A stretch of 64,000 bases of DNA from a virus, in the IMG/VR virus record IMGVR_UViG_3300038393_002936; one strand, 5' to 3'. Of the stretch, positions 27,517 through 37,497 are shown piece after piece. The position numbers were made by a program, and so were the translations under genes. The notes under the pieces were generated by a model. The model was not told the DNA's origin. It ran no database searches and was given only the letters and a program-made list of their open reading frames with translations. How positions within the stretch are numbered: the first letter of the stretch is position 1; every line of letters starts with the position of its first letter.

Positions 27517-28203
27517 ATGTGCAGTAGCTGGCAGGCGGGCCTGGTTGTCGCCCAAACCACTCCCAAGGAACGGGCAGACACCAACAACGGCCTGCGATGG
27601 GCCACTTACCGAGTCCGCCGAATCGACGCGGCCGAGCACCAACTATTGAGGGTGGCCGGGACCGTCGGTCAGTTCGCCCCCTTTCAGCCTTTCGTGCTGG
27701 AGGTCCAACGCACCAAGACTGAGGGGAGCCAGGTCGACGAAGGAAACTGGGAATTCTGGGCCTCGGGTGACAGCCCAGAAGCGGTCATTAACGAGATGTT
27801 GGGGGACACAAGCTTCCTCGAAGCCCAGTCCCTACATCCACTGCATGCGGAGCTGGTCGCCGCGACCCGCGAACTGCGAGAGGCCCAGGACCAAGAATAT
27901 AGTGCCGAACGCCGCATGAAGGCCGCCCACCAGGTAGTCCAGGACTTTAAGGACGAGAAGAACCGGGCGTATGCGGCGAAAATCGCCGGCATCACGGACG
28001 AGGACAAGGTCCGGGAGATTGGCAAACGCATGCTGGCCTCGGCACTGCCTCGATTGGAAGAACTCAGACGAGAGGCGACCGAGGCCGATGCCGCATTCCG
28101 GGTCGCAACGAAGAAGGCGGAACAGCTACGGGCACGCGACAAACAACTTTCCCACCGGACCTCCGGTCAGGTCAGCGAAGCTGACTGCCGGAACGAGGAT
28201 TGA
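27517..28203 (+). CDS. hypothetical coiled-coil protein
   Basis: RBS GAGGAG at the 3' end of motif A. Confidence 0.6.
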   Translation: MCSSWQAGLVVAQTTPKERADTNNGLRWATYRVRRIDAAEHQLLRVAGTVGQFAPFQPFVLEVQRTKTEGSQVDEGNWEFWASGDSPEAVINEMLGDTSFLEAQSLHPLHAELVAATRELREAQDQEYSAERRMKAAHQVVQDFKDEKNRAYAAKIAGITDEDKVREIGKRMLASALPRLEELRREATEADAAFRVATKKAEQLRARDKQLSHRTSGQVSEADCRNED

Positions 28204-28586
28204 CCATGCAAAACCTGCGAATCTTCTCGGCCTTCGTCTCGCCCGACGCCGTTTACGAGCACCCGCCGGACTTGCCGACGAACCCGAAGGAACTGCCAGA
28301 AGGCCCGATTGAAGGATGGGAGTGTTACGCGAGCGTATTCGGAGAATTCCGGTGTGTGAGGCTCAAGGCGGAAATCAAGTTCGAACAGACGCGGGACTCG
28401 GGCCGAGTGCCGTTCATCAGGGCCGCAGGCAGCCAGTTCTACTTCAAAGAAAAAGGCCCGGCCGGACACCCGTGCTGGTATCAGAGTGGGTTCACGCTGC
28501 GGTTCGTCCGCGAACAGCAAGACGCACATGATGTCGCGACACAGCCACCAAAACAGCTCCGAAAACTGCTCGAGGACGACACATGA
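28200..28586 (+). CDS. hypothetical protein
   Basis: coupled ORF. Confidence 0.55.
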   Translation: MTMQNLRIFSAFVSPDAVYEHPPDLPTNPKELPEGPIEGWECYASVFGEFRCVRLKAEIKFEQTRDSGRVPFIRAAGSQFYFKEKGPAGHPCWYQSGFTLRFVREQQDAHDVATQPPKQLRKLLEDDT

Positions 28587-28681
28587 CAATCGGCTTACCA
28601 GCCACCATCCTGTTCATAATTGTGCTGTTCGCGGTTTTTGACCGCTCGCATCACTAATGACTACTTCCGAAGGAAGTAATT

Positions 28682-29038
28682 ATGTTATTTCACTCACGAA
28701 TTTACATCCCGGCCGCCATCGAACTCCCTGGTGGTCCTCTCAGGCTCACCTACAGCAAACACGCCCTGCACAAGGCGGCAGACAACTACAACGGTGACAT
28801 TACCTCTCTCCTGCCGGAAATCCTGGACCCCGCCGACGCCGAGCTGATTGAGGTCGAGACGGACGCGAACCTGCGTCTCATCAAGGTGGTTTACCGTCTC
28901 GAAGTTCGGAACGAACTTTTCGACATCGTGTTGGCCATCCAGACCGACCGAAACCTGGTCCGCACCGTGTGGACTAACGACGTGAGAGACGAGCACCGGA
29001 GCCTCCGCAAGGCTCGATACGTAGGAGCACCGGTCTAA
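28682..29038 (+). CDS. hypothetical protein, possible DUF4258/RelE-like RNase fold
   Basis: 'YSKHA...IEV...KVVYR...DIVLAI...VRTVW' pattern; fold assignment is tentative. Confidence 0.5.
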   Translation: MLFHSRIYIPAAIELPGGPLRLTYSKHALHKAADNYNGDITSLLPEILDPADAELIEVETDANLRLIKVVYRLEVRNELFDIVLAIQTDRNLVRTVWTNDVRDEHRSLRKARYVGAPV

Positions 29039-29041
29039 AAA

Positions 29042-29254
29042 ATGAATGACGACCAAAAACTATTCCGAGTCGAAAAAGTGCTCGTGCCCGAATGGGGCAA
29101 GTCGACCACCGAATTCACTCGTTATTTCGTGGCCACAAGTCGCCACAGTGTCGAAGTCATTGTCCGCGAACGATTCGGACGTGGGGGATGGTCGCAGTGG
29201 GACCGATGCGAAACACGGTTCGAAATCGAAGAAGTTCCGGTCGAGATTCTGTGA
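29042..29254 (+). CDS. hypothetical protein
   Basis: ORF followed by a terminator. Confidence 0.55.
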   Translation: MNDDQKLFRVEKVLVPEWGKSTTEFTRYFVATSRHSVEVIVRERFGRGGWSQWDRCETRFEIEEVPVEIL

Positions 29255-29257
29255 CTG

Positions 29258-29290
29258 TGCCCCGGGATAATCCCGGGGCATTTTTTATTT
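29258..29290 (+). terminator. intrinsic terminator
   Basis: TGCCCCGGGA-TAA-TCCCGGGGCA followed by TTTTTT. Confidence 0.75.
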
Positions 29291-29377
29291 CCCCAAGGTT
29301 GTCGCCTCTAGCGACATGACTGAAGGTCCGGCAGGGAAGAGTTCTGCCGAAGCCCACCTCACCCTTGGGGAAACAAG

Positions 29378-30067
29378 ATGCCCAAGACCATGAATGCCGC
29401 CCCGCGACTGCTCAGGCCGGCCGCCCACACGAACATTTCGATTCCGTTCGAGTTACCCGTTGTTCAGCTGGTCCCCATCAAAAACTTGAAAGAGGCCGAC
29501 TACAACCCAAAAGACCGAAGCGACCCGAAAAGCACCCAGAAGGTGCTTCAGCTGGCCTCCGCCATTCAGGCGACTCGCACGTGTGGTATTATCTGGATTC
29601 GGCCGGACCTGACAATTATCGAGGGCCATCGAACGGTCGCGGCCCTCAAGGTGCTCGACGCAAGTCACGCACCATGCGTGACATACGAAGGTGACCCGCA
29701 CCAACTGTACGCCCTAATCAATGCGAATCAGAAGCCGCTATCTTCTCGGCACAAACTGGTCAACTACCTGGCCCAGATGACCAGCGTGACCCCGTACATG
29801 CAGGTCGCATTCGCCCGGATGGAACGAATCGTCGGCCGAGTCGCGATGGAACAGGTGTGCCAGAAAGGAGGCAGCCTCGCGACCTTCAAACAGGCCATCG
29901 CCATCGCCGAATATTGCGGCGAAGAGGATGACCGGTTCGTCAAGAAAGCTCTTCTGTGGCTGGTCAACCTCCGGATGACTCGCTTGGCCCGCCAGTTCAT
30001 GGACGCCCGCAAACCCGCCACCCGTCTTCTCGCCGCCATCGCCGGAAACACGAAATTGTGCTGTTGA
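29378..30067 (+). CDS. ParB/Srx N-terminal domain protein
   Basis: VPIKNLKEADYNPK...IIEGHRTVAALK. Confidence 0.7.
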   Translation: MPKTMNAAPRLLRPAAHTNISIPFELPVVQLVPIKNLKEADYNPKDRSDPKSTQKVLQLASAIQATRTCGIIWIRPDLTIIEGHRTVAALKVLDASHAPCVTYEGDPHQLYALINANQKPLSSRHKLVNYLAQMTSVTPYMQVAFARMERIVGRVAMEQVCQKGGSLATFKQAIAIAEYCGEEDDRFVKKALLWLVNLRMTRLARQFMDARKPATRLLAAIAGNTKLCC

Positions 30068-30076
30068 GGAGCCACC

Positions 30077-30346
30077 GTGACCGCTCTTACTGAGGCACGA
30101 AACATCGCCCAGGCCGTCTTCCATCACCTGCCGTTCGACGAGGTACTTGTCAAAATCGACGGCCGGGAGCTGCTTTTCACCGCCCCGTCCCCGCAGTTAC
30201 CGGACGCCGTCCTGGACGAACTTTGTGAGTCCAAGGGACACGTCTGGGAAACAGTTTACTGGTCCGAGGCCGAGCCACCGGCCCGTTACTGCCCTCACTG
30301 CACCCGTGTCGAAGACGAACACTATTTTTTACGCTGTCAGACTTGA
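30077..30346 (+). CDS. hypothetical Zn-finger protein
   Basis: GAGGAG RBS; C..KGH.W...YCPHC. Confidence 0.55.
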   Translation: MTALTEARNIAQAVFHHLPFDEVLVKIDGRELLFTAPSPQLPDAVLDELCESKGHVWETVYWSEAEPPARYCPHCTRVEDEHYFLRCQT

Positions 30347-30406
30347 ACCCACCGCCGAGCCTGCTACAGTAAACGGGCCGGCGGACTTCTTAAGAACGGA
30401 GTTCTG

Positions 30407-30628
30407 ATGTTCCCGCTCGAATTGTTCGCCTCGCAAATCCAAGCCGGAGACGTGTGGTCCAATCGCGTCGTCCAGCAAGTCTTGCATAGTGGGCCAAAGG
30501 TTCGAATTACGGTCGAACCAGAACAGCCGGGACCGTACGGGGGTGAAATCGTCGTGCGAGACGCGGCGGACAGACTTGTTGTTCATGTGCGTTCCGCACT
30601 TGTCCGTTCCGGACGCTGCCGCAGTTGA
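30407..30628 (+). CDS. hypothetical protein
   Basis: GGAG RBS. Confidence 0.45.
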   Translation: MFPLELFASQIQAGDVWSNRVVQQVLHSGPKVRITVEPEQPGPYGGEIVVRDAADRLVVHVRSALVRSGRCRS

Positions 30629-30647
30629 ATTCATCACGGAGTCAGCC

Positions 30648-31202
30648 ATGACTTTTGAAGAATGGTGGTCGAAACGACCAGGAGAGGGGTTCTTCACCTA
30701 CACCCAAGTTTTGTTTGCGGAAAAGATTGCTCGAGAGGCATTCGAAGCGAGCCAAGACGAAATTCTCAGACAGGAAGAGCGAGCGAACAAGGCCGAGGCC
30801 CTGAACGCCCCACTCCTCGAGCGTATCGAGCAGTTGAGAGCCGCGAGAGCCCAAGCAGAAGGTGAACTCAAAACCCTCGTGACGCTGACGAATGCCCACA
30901 GACGGGTTCACCCCAAGTGCCAGCACTGCGGCTGGGAACAGCAGTTTCCGGTGACCCAATACGAGGCGGCCCGGGATGCCATTAATGAGCATGCGGCCGT
31001 CTGTGAAAAGCACCCGCAGCGGGCAGTCGAAAGAGAACTCAAGGCTCTCAAGCAGGAACTCGAGGCGATTCTGGACCGTGTTCCGGAGGCGGTCCGAGTT
31101 CGGGAGGGAGGAGGTCAGGAGAACTTGGCGGCGAGCCTAGCCATGACGGTTTTCAAACTTCGCGACGAACTCAGGAACCTGAAGGGAGTTCGGCCACATT
31201 GA
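30648..31202 (+). CDS. hypothetical coiled-coil/Zn-finger protein
   Basis: MTFEEWW; CQHCG...H..VCEKHP. Confidence 0.6.
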   Translation: MTFEEWWSKRPGEGFFTYTQVLFAEKIAREAFEASQDEILRQEERANKAEALNAPLLERIEQLRAARAQAEGELKTLVTLTNAHRRVHPKCQHCGWEQQFPVTQYEAARDAINEHAAVCEKHPQRAVERELKALKQELEAILDRVPEAVRVREGGGQENLAASLAMTVFKLRDELRNLKGVRPH

Positions 31203-31216
31203 TGAAAAAGGCCATG

Positions 31217-31283
31217 TTCCGGCAGGAAAGGTTAATAGGGGTGATTGGATGGATAACCACAACACTCCCCTCTCCTGCCGGAA
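31217..31283. repeat. A-B-A' element
   Basis: TTCCGGCAGGAAAGG TTAATAGGGGTGATTGGATGG ... CCCCTCTCCTGCCGGAA. Confidence 0.85.
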
Positions 31284-31422
31284 ATTAGTTAGTCGCTTCA
31301 ACGAGGAACGAGCAGGGGTTTACCCAAGCAATCCCCCTCATTAAGTCCGAGCAACGCGAGTAAAGTAAGCGACCACCTGACCAAACTTCAAGGACCATTC
31401 CAACTCCGCCAGGGGCGAAGCC

Positions 31423-31821
31423 ATGCTGAGCAAACAACAATACCTAGACCTTCTCGTCCAAACCAGTCGCAAGGGCATGTTTCCGTCGCAAGATGGCTCG
31501 GGCTGCCTGTATCGAGGACCAAACGGGCGAAAGTGTGCAGTCGGGCTTTTGGTCCCGGATGAGTGCTTCGATAGAAGCATGAATAGTCTTTGTGCTTCTA
31601 CTCTTTTTCAAAGACGTCCGGAATTACAAAGCATTATCCCGGATGGCATGAAGATTGAAGACATGACCCGAATTCAACGCATTCACGACACACAACCTTT
31701 TGAGACCGACTGGAATCACGATGGGTTCGTAAGTCGACTCTTGGCACTGGAGTGTTTCCAGGGTCTCAAACCTTCGGTTGCTGCCGCCCAGGACAGCATC
31801 CCAGACCCGGCCATTAACTGA
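31423..31821 (+). CDS. 'CxYR...CAVG' family protein 2
   Basis: YLDLLVQTS...GCLYRGPNGRKCAVGLLVP. Confidence 0.7.
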   Translation: MLSKQQYLDLLVQTSRKGMFPSQDGSGCLYRGPNGRKCAVGLLVPDECFDRSMNSLCASTLFQRRPELQSIIPDGMKIEDMTRIQRIHDTQPFETDWNHDGFVSRLLALECFQGLKPSVAAAQDSIPDPAIN

Positions 31822-31929
31822 CTACCCATCAACTTCGAAACTTTGGCGGGTTCACCGAACAGATGCTGTCGTTATTGACGGGGGAACTGACGGACATGAC
31901 TGCTGTGTAGAAGAGTTTTACTGTTTCTA

Positions 31930-32034
31930 GCAGTCGACTCTGTCGACGGGAGTGAAACTCCGGCAGGAAAGTGAGCAGGGGTGGCCACAAAGCGAACCAT
32001 GCAATCCCCCCTGTTAACACCTTCCCCTGCCGGA
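31930..32034. repeat. hairpin-A-B'-A' element
   Basis: GTCGAC-TCT-GTCGAC, GGAGT-GAA-ACTCC, CCGGCAGGAAAG ... GCAATCCCCCCTGTTAAC ... CCCTGCCGGA. Confidence 0.8.
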
Positions 32035-32092
32035 CAGCCACTTGCTCAAACCATCCCAAAGACACTTATGACTCCACCAGGGAGCGAAGCTC

Positions 32093-32584
32093 ATGTTTAG
32101 AACCGAAATCTCCCGCATCATTACCGACCTCCGATACGCCCTCTGTCCCCCGTCGCGGCCCGAGCAAGACGGTCGTCACAAGGGCATCATTTTCAACCTG
32201 ACGTTGGACCTGAGCGATTACAGGGAAGATGGGACATCGAGCCTGCGGCAATTCGTCCAGATACTATTTTGCGGGAACACGAGCGTCTTTTACCGCAAAT
32301 CAGACTGGCCATTTACGAACCGTAATAATGAAATGGATTCATGGGTGAACACCTGCAATCATGATAGCTGTTGGCGGAGCGACGGGCTCCGGGTCCTAAA
32401 CCAGATGTATTTCGAAATGGCCGAAGCGGTGAACAGCGAAAAGGCCCCAATTTCACTGCACGACCATTCAGGCCTCGGAGTCATCGGTTCCCAACTCTGG
32501 GACCTAGTCTGGGTTCAACATGAGCGGGACCCAGACGACCAGCACAGATACAAGCGACGGCTTGTGAAACTGGAGGCGAGATGA
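32093..32584 (+). CDS. hypothetical protein
   Basis: ATG after GAGC-GAA-GCTC hairpin. Confidence 0.6.
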   Translation: MFRTEISRIITDLRYALCPPSRPEQDGRHKGIIFNLTLDLSDYREDGTSSLRQFVQILFCGNTSVFYRKSDWPFTNRNNEMDSWVNTCNHDSCWRSDGLRVLNQMYFEMAEAVNSEKAPISLHDHSGLGVIGSQLWDLVWVQHERDPDDQHRYKRRLVKLEAR

Positions 32585-32796
32585 GCACGACTCAAACTTG
32601 CCCATCCTGCGGAAGTGAGATGGAGAAAAAGAACAGGAGGCGAATGAGCGACGAGCAAAAGTGGTGTGGCGAATGGTGGAATTGCCTGTGCCGCAATGGG
32701 AAACAGTGCAACTCGACCGTTCTGATTCCAAGTCAAGAACTCGAGTCATTTTTGACAAAACAGGCTCTGGTTTCCGACAGGGGGCGAAGCCCATGA
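32581..32796 (+). CDS. hypothetical Zn-ribbon protein
   Basis: CPSCG...CGEWWNC. Confidence 0.55.
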   Translation: MSTTQTCPSCGSEMEKKNRRRMSDEQKWCGEWWNCLCRNGKQCNSTVLIPSQELESFLTKQALVSDRGRSP

Positions 32797-33242
32797 ATTG
32801 GCAACATTCATTCATCGCCAGAATCGACCTCCCCGAAGTGCTAAAAATAGACCCAGAGTGGGACGAACAGACTTACCTTGCCGTACTCAAGCACCGCGTG
32901 GCCCGTGTTGCCCGGTGTCCGATTGGACACGGAATAGTCGGGGTGGTGGTGTACGGGGCGACTCGACGCCTCCAGGAAGTCGACCGACTCCTGGTGGACC
33001 CCCAGTATCGGCGGTGCGGGGTGGGAACCGCCATGTTGCGCGACCTGGCGGCCCTCGGGCTTCGCAAGCACCGTCCGTGGATTGCCGGGTGGGTCGGCGA
33101 AGCCGATTTAGCCTCCCAGATTTGGCTCCGGGACCTCGGGGCCCAGGCTGTTTGTACGGAGGGAGACCAATATCGCTTTGTGTTGGCCTCCGGCCAACTG
33201 GTAAACACCGAGACTGCGAAATTGACTGGAGGTGTCTCATGA
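32793..33242 (+). CDS. GNAT acetyltransferase (RimI-like paralog)
   Basis: DLPEVLKID...LLVDPQYRRCGVGTAML. Confidence 0.75.
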   Translation: MNWQHSFIARIDLPEVLKIDPEWDEQTYLAVLKHRVARVARCPIGHGIVGVVVYGATRRLQEVDRLLVDPQYRRCGVGTAMLRDLAALGLRKHRPWIAGWVGEADLASQIWLRDLGAQAVCTEGDQYRFVLASGQLVNTETAKLTGGVS

Positions 33243-33586
33243 ACACTGAGCGTTTATTGAAGCTGGCTGACTTCCTCGACACTGTGCCGGCGGAGCAATT
33301 CGACCTATCGAGTTGGAAATGCAGCACAACGGCGTGTGCGGTCGGATGGGCATGCACCATCCCTGAATTCCAAGACGAAGGACTACGCTCGGCCAACATG
33401 GCCCACGCGGGATTGCCTTTGTTCGATAATAAGAGCGGATGGGATGCGGTTAACGCATTCTTCGCAGTTACAGACGAACAAGCCGACCATCTGTTTTATG
33501 ATTTGAATTATCCAAACCGACACAGAACCACACCCGCCGAGGTGGCGAATCGAATCCGTAAATTGGTCATCGATTCAAGCAAATAA
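33239..33586 (+). CDS. 'ERLLKLADFL...CxTTACAVGWA' family protein 1
   Basis: tandem paralogs at 33611 and 34123. Confidence 0.7.
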   Translation: MNTERLLKLADFLDTVPAEQFDLSSWKCSTTACAVGWACTIPEFQDEGLRSANMAHAGLPLFDNKSGWDAVNAFFAVTDEQADHLFYDLNYPNRHRTTPAEVANRIRKLVIDSSK

Positions 33587-33610
33587 CTCGACTTCTGTTT
33601 AGGAGCAAAC

Positions 33611-33973
33611 ATGCATAAAGAACGATTGCTGAAACTGGCCGATTTCCTGGGCGAGGTTCCGGCCGAACAATTCGACCTGGCCCGGTGGCGATGTGACTCG
33701 AGTGCGTGCGCCGTAGGTTGGGCTTGCACGATGCCGGCCTTTATAGCCGAAGGCCTGAAAATCGCACACGACGGCCTTGGGTGGTTTCCCGCCTTTAAAG
33801 GTCGAGGCGGCTGGGAAGCTGTGGACATTTTTTTCGAGCTTAATCCTTATGACTCGGAATATTTGTTCGACGAAGGTTGTTACGATGGTGAAACGAAAGC
33901 GTCTCCCGCCGAAGTCGCCGACCGTATCCGAAAGTTCATAGAAAGTGGCGGCAAACGAGACGCTTGTAACTGA
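33611..33973 (+). CDS. 'ERLLKLADFL' family protein 2
   Basis: MHKERLLKLADFL...CDSSACAVGWACT. Confidence 0.7.
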   Translation: MHKERLLKLADFLGEVPAEQFDLARWRCDSSACAVGWACTMPAFIAEGLKIAHDGLGWFPAFKGRGGWEAVDIFFELNPYDSEYLFDEGCYDGETKASPAEVADRIRKFIESGGKRDACN

Positions 33974-33993
33974 ACAGTCTCTTCGTGAATTAT

Positions 33994-34072
33994 TTCCGGC
34001 AGTTGACTTCGTCAACGGGACCGGAGGTCCGGCAGGCGGCTTTGCCGCCGTCAACGAAGCTGACCAGGGAAG
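33994..34072. repeat. four-hairpin A element
   Basis: TTCCGGCA GTTGAC-TTC-GTCAAC G GGACC-GGA-GGTCC GGCA GGCGGC-TTT-GCCGCC GTCAAC-GAA-GCTGAC CAGGGAAG. Confidence 0.85.
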
Positions 34073-34122
34073 CCAGGGTTCTTCAGGGATGATTTCGATT
34101 GTGCCAACCGGAGTGAAACGAC

Positions 34123-34491
34123 GTGAGATTTGACCGCCTTACCCTCCTCGCCTCTTTCCTCGAATCCGACCATGTGCCAGAGGCACACTTCAATCTGGAG
34201 AACTGGGAGTGCGGCACCACCGCGTGTGCGTGCGGCTGGGCCGCTCGAATTCCCCAATTCAAGGAATCAGGATTCAAACTAAGCTCATTAGGTAATCCGC
34301 TCTTTGAAGAGTTTTCTCGCTGGGACGCCGTAATGAGGTTCTTTGAACTGAACAGGAGCCAGGCCGAGTACCTGTTTTTGGCCAGGTGTTACAAAGGTGG
34401 TTACCAAACCACCAAGTGGGAAGTCGCCGAGCGTATTCGGGATTTCGTGGAGGTGAACCGCCTGACACCATCACTTACTACTGAGTGCTGA
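34123..34491 (+). CDS. 'ERLLKLADFL' family protein 3
   Basis: DRLTLLASFL...CGTTACACGWAA...EVAERIR. Confidence 0.7.
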   Translation: MRFDRLTLLASFLESDHVPEAHFNLENWECGTTACACGWAARIPQFKESGFKLSSLGNPLFEEFSRWDAVMRFFELNRSQAEYLFLARCYKGGYQTTKWEVAERIRDFVEVNRLTPSLTTEC

Positions 34492-34517
34492 CGCACTCAA
34501 GCTATTCTAAGAAGACT

Positions 34518-34647
34518 TTCCGGCAGTCGTCTCCGACGACGGGAGCGAAGCTCCCACAGTCGGCTTTGCCGACAGGACCGGAGGTCCGGCAGGAGAGGGA
34601 GAATGGGGCGAACATCCAATCCCCCTTATTAACCTTCTCTGCCGGAA
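34518..34647. repeat. full-length composite element (4 hairpins-A-B'-A')
   Basis: aligns with the reverse complement of 55401-55482 with compensatory stem changes. Confidence 0.85.
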
Positions 34648-34702
34648 CTACGTTCTCGCCAGCTCCGCTGACTGCTTGATTGACTACTTATTGGAGAAGT
34701 TT

Positions 34703-35665
34703 ATGTCTTACACGATGACCGCTGCCGACCTGTTCGCCGGACTAGGCGGAAATACAGAAGGAGCGGCCCAGGCTGGGGTTCACGTAGTGGTCGCAGCTAA
34801 TCACCTGCCCCATGTTGTTGAGACCCACGCGAGGAATCATCCCGAGACCTCGCACTATACACAAGACCTTCAACAGGCCAACTTCGGCACCTGGCCCGAT
34901 TTCGACCTGCTTCTCGCCAGTCCCTGCTGTCAAGGTTTCAGCAACGCGAGGGGCAAGGATAAGCCCCAGCACGACGTGAGCCGGTCGACGGCATGGGCCG
35001 TCATCTCGGCGGCCGAGGCGAAAAAGCCCAAATTCTTGATGGTGGAGAACGTGCTGGGCTTCCGGCGGTGGACACTGTTCCCGCAATGGAAATCGTGCCT
35101 GGAAAACTTGGGGTACGTCCTACACGAGAACGTCCTGGACGCGGCCGACTTCGGGGTCCCCCAGGAGCGAGAGCGGCTGTTCGTAACCGGCGTCCACCGG
35201 TCCGTGTCCGACTGCCCGGCGGTGGTCGCCCGCCCGGGGCTTAACCGAGTGCCGGCCTCGGCTATCATCGACTGGGAGTTCGACCGAAGGAGCCTAGTCA
35301 ACAAGCCAGGACGGGCCGAAGCCACCCTTCAGCGAATCGCCAACGGTCGCCAGCAATTCGGCTCGCGGTTTCTTGCCCCTTTCTACGGGAGCGGGTCGGG
35401 GACAACCGGTCGCAGCCTGGACCGCCCGGTGGGGACGATTACACGGAAGGACAGGTGGATGCTGGTCGACAGCGACCGTTGTCGCATGCTCCAACTCCAC
35501 GAGAATCGGCGGGCGATGGGATTTCGGGACGACTACCTTCTGCCCGACGACCCGAAAACGGCCCTGGCCATGCTCGGGAACGCGACCTGTCCACCGGTCG
35601 TCCGCCAAGTGGTTCAGACTTTTCAAAATTACGCGGGAGCGACCACTGAAAGGAGTGCCGCATGA
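34703..35665 (+). CDS. C5 cytosine DNA methyltransferase
   Basis: DLFAGLGG (motif I), SPCCQGFS (IV), ENV (VI), PQERER (VIII), MLGNA (X). Confidence 0.9.
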   Translation: MSYTMTAADLFAGLGGNTEGAAQAGVHVVVAANHLPHVVETHARNHPETSHYTQDLQQANFGTWPDFDLLLASPCCQGFSNARGKDKPQHDVSRSTAWAVISAAEAKKPKFLMVENVLGFRRWTLFPQWKSCLENLGYVLHENVLDAADFGVPQERERLFVTGVHRSVSDCPAVVARPGLNRVPASAIIDWEFDRRSLVNKPGRAEATLQRIANGRQQFGSRFLAPFYGSGSGTTGRSLDRPVGTITRKDRWMLVDSDRCRMLQLHENRRAMGFRDDYLLPDDPKTALAMLGNATCPPVVRQVVQTFQNYAGATTERSAA

Positions 35666-35934
35666 CGAGCACATGGCAGGTCCAGACCATCGCCACCTTC
35701 GACCACAAGTACCTAATTGTGAACTTCCCTGCCGGAATCGGCGAACGCGAGTTGAACGCCCAGAAGGCTGTCGCCGAGCAAGCCCCGGTTCTCCTCCGGA
35801 GTGTTCGGGAATTGCTTACCGCTGGTCATGTCACCGTCCCTGGAGGGAATACGTTGGTGGCGGTTGACCGGGCCAAGTTCGAGCAACTCCAAAAGGTAGT
35901 CGAGTCTATCGACCCTATTCCGGCAGGGAAGTGA
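35662..35934 (+). CDS. hypothetical protein (contains two motif A copies)
   Basis: ATGA coupling; FPAG and IPAGK are encoded by motif A. Confidence 0.55.
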   Translation: MTSTWQVQTIATFDHKYLIVNFPAGIGERELNAQKAVAEQAPVLLRSVRELLTAGHVTVPGGNTLVAVDRAKFEQLQKVVESIDPIPAGK

Positions 35935-36132
35935 GGTAGTCCGACGACTCACCTGTGAGCACAGCGAACCATCCAAACTCCCCCATTAACGGGAGCGAGC
36001 AACAATGAGGCACCGTAACCAGCCCGTATTACAAATTGACGTTTCATAACACCCCGTAATGGGCTTTGCCTTCTAAGCTCGGTCACACTGTCCGAGTTCA
36101 GGCACTATAACTTTTCCGCGAGGGACGAAGTC

Positions 36133-36447
36133 ATGAGAATTGTGGTTTACGACTATTATGGCCAGGCCGTTTACGTGGACGGCAAGTTAGCCGGATATTA
36201 CGGACACAACAACGACTTTGATGTCGCAGAACTTTGTGGCCAACTCGGCATCTCTTTCGAGAAACGCTCGGTGCGGTGGGAAGACTGGCCGGGCCTAAAA
36301 GAAAATATGCGAGCGGTATACGACCCGCCCGTAAAGCTGGAGACCGTCGAGCAGCATTTTGCGGAACTGAACCGACGGCGGAAAGTCGACCGTCTGGAAC
36401 AACTCAAAATGGAAGTGGCCAAACTGGAACAGGAACTGAGTCACTAA
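36133..36447 (+). CDS. hypothetical protein
   Basis: ATG after GAC-GAA-GTC hairpin. Confidence 0.6.
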   Translation: MRIVVYDYYGQAVYVDGKLAGYYGHNNDFDVAELCGQLGISFEKRSVRWEDWPGLKENMRAVYDPPVKLETVEQHFAELNRRRKVDRLEQLKMEVAKLEQELSH

Positions 36448-36459
36448 AAAGGAGCAATT

Positions 36460-36630
36460 ATGAGTTTCCCCCTCGCACCGGAAGACCTCATCGACATGAT
36501 TTACGAACGAGTCCGCGGCATGAACACCGCGGAACTGGTCGCGTTTTGGCGAAAGAATTTTGACGATGTCGATGTGCGGGAGTCTCAGACTGGGACTGGG
36601 TGTGTCGCGGTGTTTGAAATCGCCGTCTGA
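36460..36630 (+). CDS. small hypothetical protein (56 aa, not in ORF track)
   Basis: AAGGAG RBS; MSFPLAPEDLIDMIYERVRGM. Confidence 0.5.
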   Translation: MSFPLAPEDLIDMIYERVRGMNTAELVAFWRKNFDDVDVRESQTGTGCVAVFEIAV

Positions 36631-36640
36631 GGAGGTGCCC

Positions 36641-36865
36641 GTGACCACCTTACTCCGAGACTACAAGGAAATCGACGCCCACCACGAAGTTTATTGTCGC
36701 CAGCGGGCCCAAATTGAGCTCCTGAACATCCTGCTCGAAGCGGAGCGGAACACGCCGGGTCACCGGATGAACCGCACGAACCGGCTCTGGCGACTCCGGG
36801 AAATTATCGAGCGGTATCCCGAGTTCGAATATTTAGCCGAAGGAGTTTTAGGTGACAAAACGTGA
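36641..36865 (+). CDS. hypothetical protein
   Basis: GGAGGT RBS, GTG start. Confidence 0.55.
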   Translation: MTTLLRDYKEIDAHHEVYCRQRAQIELLNILLEAERNTPGHRMNRTNRLWRLREIIERYPEFEYLAEGVLGDKT

Positions 36866-37232
36866 ATATTTTGACCTACTGGTGCAGACCTCGGCGGCCG
36901 GCAAGTTTCCAGCGGGAGACCTTGCGGGATGTTATTACCGCGTCCCGGAAGGTGTGACTAGTTGTGGCGACCGCTGTGCGGTTGGGGTGCTGATTCCGGA
37001 CGAGGTTTATTGCCAATCGTTTGAAGAAGCCGGGCCGGTTAATTCCCTTTTTGAGACCTATTCTGACCTGGAGCAATTTATCCCCGAAGGTCTAACCACT
37101 GAAGACCTGCGGCGGATTCAAGTTCGCCACGACCGACACAGTTCGCGGCCGTGGAATCACGACAGATTTGTGCAGGAACTGCTCGCGTTGGACTGTTCCC
37201 GAGAGTTCGACTCGGTGCGCAATAACCCGTAG
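36852..37232 (+). CDS. 'CxYR...CAVG' family protein 3
   Basis: EYFDLLVQTS..GKFP...GCYYR...RCAVGVLIP. Confidence 0.7.
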   Translation: MTKREYFDLLVQTSAAGKFPAGDLAGCYYRVPEGVTSCGDRCAVGVLIPDEVYCQSFEEAGPVNSLFETYSDLEQFIPEGLTTEDLRRIQVRHDRHSSRPWNHDRFVQELLALDCSREFDSVRNNP

Positions 37233-37497
37233 ACCCGAAGGTATGTTGCTTGAGGTGTTTTACTACTCCTCAGGAGTAGCTCTTCCTCTGGCAAAAGGTG
37301 ATTGAGGTAGTCGGCAATGCGAGATGTTGACGCCTACTCCCTCTTCGACTGCCGGAGTAATACCGAGGTGAAAGGCCAATTTTCGATGCGGGCTCGCGTG
37401 AAAAATGCAGTGGTTTTTCTTAAGTCGTTGCGTAGCAAAGACAAGAAAAAGTGTCGATTTTTCCGACACATCAAAAATACTTGGGAGACCGTGCAAA